Source of the DNA: Candidatus Omnitrophota bacterium
GTDB taxonomy: Bacteria; Omnitrophota; Gorgyraeia; Gygaellales; Profunditerraquicolaceae
Direction: 5' to 3'
Length of the DNA stretch: 64,000 nucleotides
Assembly (NCBI GenBank): GCA_028687205.1
Contig: JAQUAP010000001.1
Span: 6,831-70,830, forward strand
Shown here: positions 61,001 to 64,000 of the stretch, piece after piece
Numbering within the stretch: the first letter of the stretch is position 1
Layout of the letters: the number at the start of each line of letters is the position of its first letter
The notes under the pieces: model-generated
The model's input: only the letters and a program-made list of their open reading frames with translations
Databases searched by the model: none
Told to the model about the DNA's origin: nothing
Translations under genes and position numbers: made by a program

Positions 61001-64000
61001 AAGGGGCTATGGGGTCCCGGTCTACAAAGTCAACGCAGAACACAACTAATCTAGCCTGGGCAGGACTCAACGTTCCTGCCCTGGCTGGAGCAGTTTCATC
61101 CAGCCCGGTCAGCAACATCGAGAAAACCATAGGTAGATTTATAATACTGCCTTTGTTGGTTATAGGCATTTTATGGGGCGGATATAGGCTAGTTGATTTT
61201 ACTTTTGGGAAGACATCTTCGCTTGTCCATGAATGGGCATTATCTCAGAAACAAAACTTAGGGTATAAAGCTTACAATTTACTCACCGGGAAAGAAATAC
61301 CTTTTGACGAGATAGCCGTTACGAATACCCTGGTTATCCTCGGTAAGGGAGCAAAAGTTTCTAGCGATGACATCTATTATGGCAGGTGTATTTATTTCAT
61401 CTTCATCGATAACGGTGGGAAAGCAGTTGCTGTTCTGCATGCTCCCGGATCCAAGGACCTAGTCGAGTGTCTTGCCGATACAATGGAGAATGCGAAGGGA
61501 TTATTAGAAAAGAATGGTGTTAAAGTTTACGGAGCGATAGCTATTACTGGTTATGTAACCAGGGAAAATGAGAGAGCAATTGCTATGTTGCCTAAAAATT
61601 TGAAGCTCTTTACAAAAGAGACTGGCCAGCACACTACTGAGGTTATCGTATACGCAGATGGGAAGAACATTTCAGTTATCGGCCTTGGCCCGATTTATCA
61701 AGGGCCTATTTCAGGATTTATCCAGCAGCCTTCTTCCAGTCCGGTGGAAGTCACAAGAAGAGAAGCGTTAAAGCTGCTGCTTGGCATATTAGTTATCGCC
61801 AGCCAGGCCAGCGGAATTATCGGCTGCGCAAACAAATCCAAGGATATTGCTCCGGAAGAATTATTAGCCAAGTTGAAGTCCGTTGTACCCGAAGGAATAA
61901 TCAAAAAAGCTGCCCAGGCCTGGGGAGTTGAGCCGGAATTATTAGCCGCCATTGTTATGGAGGAGGTTGAATATACCCAAAACCTTAACTTGGCAAGCTA
62001 TATACTTAAGGAATATATTCAGCCTACTTTTATAAAATTTGGCATCAACGGGACATTCGGCATAGCCAGGACTGCCTTGCCGGATACTTTAAATGATACG
62101 TTCTGGAAGAATATCCAGACCTACGGCGAATCTTTGAAAATAAGGACTCAGGGTAAGCGGTCTTTTGAAGAATTAATGGAAGTTGTAAAAGTTGCCCGCG
62201 AGCGCAGGAACCTGAAATCGGTCAGGTCCGCAGAAACAGCTCTGCTTTACGATGTATTCAGTGTGCCGGAATTCAATGTATTCATAAGCGCGTATTGGAT
62301 TAGCATAAAATTAAGATTAAACGGCTCAAATCGGGCCCTTTCTAAGGAAGAAAAGGCGATTATGCGCTATAAGGGCATTGTCAATGCCGGTCAGCGCCTT
62401 GAAAGGACTAAATTTTTCTATTATTGGCTAAAGGAAAAGCAGGTATTGGCAACTTCTTCCAGCCCGGTGGGCGCCTATGTTACTACGCACGCAACCTCCA
62501 GCCCGGTTGAGGAAGCGGCCGTTGAGGCTATTAAAAATCTGGAGTCTCCGGAAATTACCGATCGCCGCAGAGCTTTTAAAACAATGACCGACAACCCCTG
62601 GTTAATCGAAGAATGGTTAACTGTCGAATGTATCGAGGCGCTTGTTAAGGTCATCCAGGATGACGAGAATGCCGAAGTAACCCGCGGCAATAAGTTGATG
62701 AAAAAATACAATACGCACGAACAAGAGGGCATAAACTGGTATCATGTAAAGCACAGCGCCATTTATCTCCTTGCCACATATCTCCTTGAGCCTATCGCTA
62801 TAGAAAAATTGGGTTTAGAGAAATTCATATATCTTCTGTCAGTCATTGAGGGCGAATGTGGGGCCAAGAGCAGAGCGCCTTGCGTTGCCGATTTGTCAAA
62901 GCGTTTAGTCAGCAGGATAAATGAGAAATATGGATTCTTGGGATCTTCCAGCCCGGTGGGAGCTTATGTAACCACCTCCCTTAAAGAAGTTAGAATCTCC
63001 GAACAAATAAGCAAAGAAATAACCGCATATCTTAATGGCGTAAAAGAACGCTTAGAATCTGATTTTAATAATGCGCAATATTCTGCCTTACAGAAAGATG
63101 TACTCAAATTGGTTGAAGAAGTGAGAGGAAGATGGCTTGAGAAAGGCGCAGACGAAGAAACTTATAAGATCTTATCTTTTACCTTTGCCAAGGGCGGCGT
63201 GCATAAAGAAATTGATGTAGCAAATAAGGGCGCTGCGTTGATTGGACGGATAGATTTACTGTCGTTAGGAATCAAGCCAGATAAACAACATATAGAAATA
63301 GAAAGAATCTTTAAAGAAGTGCGGAGGGTTATTAGGGATATTTCAGAGATTGTGGCTTATCCTGGCCCTATTCCTGTCGCGAGATTAGGAGGCGGAGAAG
63401 CCGGGATTTATTACGAAGCACTAGACCCTGTCTTCATTGCCGAAAAAATACTTAAAGAATCAATCACCGCCTCCAGCCCGGTTAAAACAATCGCAGAGCT
63501 TGAGGCAGAAATTGAAGCGTTAAAGGCGGAAAATGCTGCATTAAGAAGGATAAACCGCATTGACCCATTGACTAAGTTGCATAACAGGAGAGATTTTGAC
63601 GATGTCCTTAAAGGGATGATGAAGAATGCCGACAGGAACCCGGGCAGGCGCCTGCTCTTTGTGTTGATAGACATTGACTTCTTCGGCATAGTTAACAAGA
63701 TATTCGGCCATGATGCCGGCGACGTAGTGTTGAAGTCATTCGCCAGGACGATTAAGAATAAGATAAGGCCGGCAGTTGATTATGTGGCCCGTTATGGCGG
63801 CGAAGAGTTCGCGCTCTTATTGAACGGCGTAGATGCAGAAACGGCAAAAGCGAGAATAATCGGCAGATGCGCTGAGGCAGTGAAGAAATTGGAACTTCCG
63901 GAGTTAGAGGTTAGCCTTGAGGCAGGCGTGCTTAAAAACAAGATAGCCAATGTTGCCGGCGCGGACAGGACAAAAATGCATTTTGCCGTTATTCATCAGT
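51967..64000 (+). CDS. Giant ORF, continuation (open to the window end, 4,010+ codons): HExxH motif, 5x heptad tandem, Gly-rich linker, LysM-like module, TM segments, coiled coils, TPR/HEAT-like repeats, C-terminal GGDEF (GGEEF) domain
   Basis: Frame opens after TAA at 51964..51966 and has no stop through 64000 (spot-checked across the region); overlaps the previous segment by 77 nt; removing one G in GGCGGCCC (~52018) joins the two as ...KPAAAGALGRILINPGRG...; end region DPLTKLHNRRDFDD...ARYGGEEFALLL. Confidence 0.6.
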   Translation, partial: MDYTAGDKRANLKPAAAGALGRILINPGRGILSAASGAANYWRIDNNLGSNLDKIKATERFVLNKAMRDNIGGIPSGMLSFAFYTADSYMQAYSESYTVRAITHTALHPLQVIKDIFTSIDLTTKTINSLSSGIPKDKWVEVGMFLGGMIGASKGYSNLGSRLATEAKASSFTSFMANTHTSAASLVYLNAAFTFLPLITDGGAGDPQAWFKQLYYGAYNMDQSAQGAMTMALAWNVLRAGLGRLRQTGAGQAVDKLVNNHLEHATPAVKYGLPLAMTVGGAELYALNKDKQDDLQANYLAHTGLVIAGIGAMLLANKIEKSSAYRWLREEGKQMPQPNALGLEAAEKTTAKTRTEKIFGTHSSRLYGKEWVKTELKYNIRWGGIGAIAGLVGAASSGKIKDWHDRIEYLVLGAIGGMAILRNLPALVKTGARVGVKGTEITGAGALTYGAKKMTFDPLAGWIEGELGYRNDFNFTRATTPHLFRAGDTQDDLVYALSMGVVGLGIAKVSTTAIKAYREKGAAGLEKPEGVINKGFLTKAEQHLMRSGQDLEPFLQSWSKDWGKNVLSSVGTMAVGYGLYNWGKEGEARNKDLSTLWKYAGVAMVGMGLLKTVGILGGDLNLRAIANLRGKNQAIAGAMATAAGAGLFLWGSSDDLKDAQLAGLDLGKIIQVSGGALAAVGALNMFAGVRGMRLQGKNLEAAVNNSALSRYAGNSLATAKGIIWDFGARGTTVNLFTVIAPLFGVIAATSWFTQKYISSSSYSKLEKTILDYTAGAFLNNDIKKGPLSINTYSDIVGGKGEKWAEAKGLWAKLSILGLLADRAYTASLFGTDANAKVKGDFKSMADAVSKLGSSGRIWNALDKSNVSFSAALALLYPVAEPFFSNIKPGNFGYKFQAVGKAMEDVFGGAAIAGISPRAAAQASSPLRILNMITTGTIEETVTEQAIQMILNITPLGPVLGPQAVEVIQEIASPFGNAHMNYIPSRAMAKNYVNGNLQRVQGLIDKVDAKLAKPDANTDILNHQLGRLNTTKRFYENIAGNLDLANGSAEGVIGAMLPLLQSKINSLGSVGLAAIRNNLGAMDAVEFKAKGLYSLVNQDTKDIVTAQASSDGKTVDVDAAQNLNFNIDASGRLSIRPNVVGHYNIGGGAHELVHLFVDKNRSNEKIAPLVRQIQSSLGYKTVGSVPLEISEWGPNEMLTQYFSMLFLAKYIANHKLDYSTDSSASSIQDLVERTLNRRFDDLGQAMASVNAMAQPDLLAPKVASDDFMAHVIDFVQWKNGNRVEVNYEAKVGQLKSMLQEKGIHLEQAGSAEFKKAGIYLNADGNTTEAGQGGDITVQINRDVQDKGAAYEAYVLYHETAQALREQIGNQDTVLKEFGSVREQFQKTQDKKAVQALDDFMDYLKTYDSVLKDYVVGLVEAGKEAKVSLEDLTSIKARIQASFHYDNEDNAAVISGLDKLISGLQEGGQEVTVADIRKLARQSVNPEYHRAIEFWGHTAPLLYTPELAKSIIGKNKALKRLADSIQKYPLLADFLRKQNEALGMPKIATSSPARDAGIKSRILAAALAALTAGTTAKSSSPVDSSSPAERTQPMALPVAAATAAQVALGSLVNTNFTQQVIVPGSSPVIPAGVTLSALLPNTPFAKNLIIAGYNSDTAPPAGAIAHNFISNVVPASSSVIEKLTGSQIVSPEETSGSTRVNSKTANSGVFVPTESSSPAINKDKLIELTELLLKEAPRLTGQIKSRGRQNIDRLAQKRIAVFAAKHGVTAEKAGEIIDYLAAYEEMLGELKTIQDDNKKQIRLNGESKEVDISIEDLFSRPEIQKVVNRINDRDLGDMNEERIRKIFDIAEEVLAVLITTVPEAEELFNKKFAEQFTDTYIKEAITDIGKRMERMEDNQKTQGKAIETQGKAIETQGKAIETQGKAIETQGKAIKGIDTRLGEVQRAQEQFRADVNARFIVIEAAQVEVNEIIVAINNCIAGALRNFKVKQGVWRIREEYKRLGKKFTILEVKRIINNVAAQLDLLTERVRIFGASEKEIADLPENIRKDSIVLISEGDKLHAVPIKAMVLKKDEKEDYYFYAQENNVQGGTVLNNRRIYLSELVRLNGKIVIISYEEYKDSFKYEFSDQEIAQLKGEVEGTGIGGGAGTGQGGAGAGAGAGGSPLGGGNAGAGTDDDKYDTAGSPMLDTHDIKPYNIPEVNMTIDPASYRATADLAPPVAALALNPAINTLTEELFVIEKGDKAYAGKTLEEAYDKAYGLETEEKPVRKASIFSWVNEHPKAVSLALAGLAFGLVYVGGPLLNNIGNAWAADLQTEPVAPQTVDSFAVKKGDTLWKHFRADWKKAYDANPQIHGRLGEKIGPQYPDTKQIVIIYPNEKIKKPAVGPVQKAEEKVTAKPETKLKPEETLAQPPAGQEVISKEDAVKGKSVISHIKEFFNNNKATVSFALGLIITGILVRVFWPKITKLWNSYRETAAKKARESAAREEQERLAKEAEAKKAVEERARLEREAAERLVAENAKKAAEEKAKEIKDYLGYSESGYEVTAKEEVYPEATTGNQEGQILADKEPSSIKDNIALGDRYYSEGRYSEALRAYQIAEEALLNLKSGFDRIQLNTENCCEEELKANGATKNEINKLNGKLVRVEVMVSKCYSKLGDQKKAVEVLNSAKLINPTVFKQILAQEEATSSPLNQIPVVPAAVTIVRNATITSASLNRLAAVIAYVRSLKNNRADLERVFSALETKATATGRNIHNILAPPSLRAAASVGSSPVEVYSNTNGGGQNEKLTAGIRRGIKDVRDAILNRGISGKTLKSGPGKPGRPWYLGADCYARIKAFLQENRLHSLSERVILLIRAPPYLLLYRANTVVIAAVRNSLLPVLSNTKSITNNLINLTLTKLLTLSVAGVLAAYVVVWVAQEPSSREMTPLVATLTTIIIGGALCVLSMSMKSESTTSLTLPRTGLRLLQPARMTATLGSFLSMILPVPSTLVMDVQIAGRKLSGLIASLLGQRSATQGAMGSRSTKSTQNTTNLAWAGLNVPALAGAVSSSPVSNIEKTIGRFIILPLLVIGILWGGYRLVDFTFGKTSSLVHEWALSQKQNLGYKAYNLLTGKEIPFDEIAVTNTLVILGKGAKVSSDDIYYGRCIYFIFIDNGGKAVAVLHAPGSKDLVECLADTMENAKGLLEKNGVKVYGAIAITGYVTRENERAIAMLPKNLKLFTKETGQHTTEVIVYADGKNISVIGLGPIYQGPISGFIQQPSSSPVEVTRREALKLLLGILVIASQASGIIGCANKSKDIAPEELLAKLKSVVPEGIIKKAAQAWGVEPELLAAIVMEEVEYTQNLNLASYILKEYIQPTFIKFGINGTFGIARTALPDTLNDTFWKNIQTYGESLKIRTQGKRSFEELMEVVKVARERRNLKSVRSAETALLYDVFSVPEFNVFISAYWISIKLRLNGSNRALSKEEKAIMRYKGIVNAGQRLERTKFFYYWLKEKQVLATSSSPVGAYVTTHATSSPVEEAAVEAIKNLESPEITDRRRAFKTMTDNPWLIEEWLTVECIEALVKVIQDDENAEVTRGNKLMKKYNTHEQEGINWYHVKHSAIYLLATYLLEPIAIEKLGLEKFIYLLSVIEGECGAKSRAPCVADLSKRLVSRINEKYGFLGSSSPVGAYVTTSLKEVRISEQISKEITAYLNGVKERLESDFNNAQYSALQKDVLKLVEEVRGRWLEKGADEETYKILSFTFAKGGVHKEIDVANKGAALIGRIDLLSLGIKPDKQHIEIERIFKEVRRVIRDISEIVAYPGPIPVARLGGGEAGIYYEALDPVFIAEKILKESITASSPVKTIAELEAEIEALKAENAALRRINRIDPLTKLHNRRDFDDVLKGMMKNADRNPGRRLLFVLIDIDFFGIVNKIFGHDAGDVVLKSFARTIKNKIRPAVDYVARYGGEEFALLLNGVDAETAKARIIGRCAEAVKKLELPELEVSLEAGVLKNKIANVAGADRTKMHFAVIHQ
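57661..57765 (+). repeat. Five tandem copies of a 21-nt unit ACACAAGGAAAAGCTATAGAA (in-frame heptapeptide TQGKAIE x5) inside the giant ORF
   Basis: Four perfect copies plus one variant ending AAA. Confidence 0.85.

Overview
This 64-kb window looks like a bacterial chromosomal segment with housekeeping genes on the left, a c-di-GMP signalling cluster in the middle, and a tight-adherence (Tad/Flp) pilus locus feeding into a stop-free reading frame of more than 22 kb at the right edge. The taxon cannot be assigned from sequence alone; giant genes next to Tad pili are reminiscent of some uncultivated lineages (e.g. Omnitrophota), but that is only an analogy. The gene calls and regulatory sites below come from reading the sequence and the ORF track by eye; no searches or folding were run.

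Main blocks, left to right:
- 1-12.5 kb, housekeeping: rny (5'-truncated by the window edge), ymdB, a secreted glycoside-hydrolase-like protein, xseA, xseB, dxs, a four-subunit 2-oxoacid:ferredoxin oxidoreductase (delta-alpha-beta-gamma), gltX, and a B12-binding radical-SAM enzyme.
- 12.5-14.9 kb: tRNA-Gln, followed by a ~2.2-kb islet (zinc-ribbon protein, a hypothetical protein, Fic) bounded by inverted repeats and a copy of the tRNA 3' end.
- 14.9-22.3 kb, signalling: a polytopic membrane protein, PAS histidine kinase plus receiver, tRNA-Leu, and on the minus strand a FIST sensor, histidine kinase and a receiver-GGDEF protein with a degenerate GGDDF motif; then tRNA-Glu.
- 22.6-39.3 kb, Tad/Flp pilus locus: PPIase, cpaB, a secretin fused to a TonB-C-like domain, a fused CpaE-CpaF ATPase, a DUF192 protein, an HTH plus Lys/Glu-rich coiled-coil protein, a promoter and structured leader, 13 tandem pilin-like genes, tadB, and a tadC that appears frameshifted.
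- 34.6-41.5 kb: six copies of a palindromic element (GGGGACG[G/T]TTCTAT ... ATAGAA[C/A]CGTCCCC) sit in the intergenic gaps, and an IS200-like Y1 transposase gene of the REP-associated (RAYT) type lies among them. An OprB-like porin follows.
- 41.6 kb onward: a sigma70-like promoter, a leader matching a c-di-GMP-I (GEMM) riboswitch with a terminator-like hairpin, then an ORF from 41880 that ends at 52043 (3,387 codons). It overlaps by 77 nt a second frame that stays open from 51967 to the window end. The two are most simply one protein of more than 7,300 aa interrupted by a single-base frame change. This reading frame is absent from the supplied ORF track.

The giant ORF carries a C39-like peptidase signature, an HExxH motif, internal repeats, a LysM-like module, TPR/HEAT-like regions, several hydrophobic segments and a C-terminal GGDEF domain with a canonical GGEEF motif. 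Together with the riboswitch and the Tad locus, this suggests a c-di-GMP-controlled adhesion or surface module. Coordinates of non-ORF features are approximate to a few bases.
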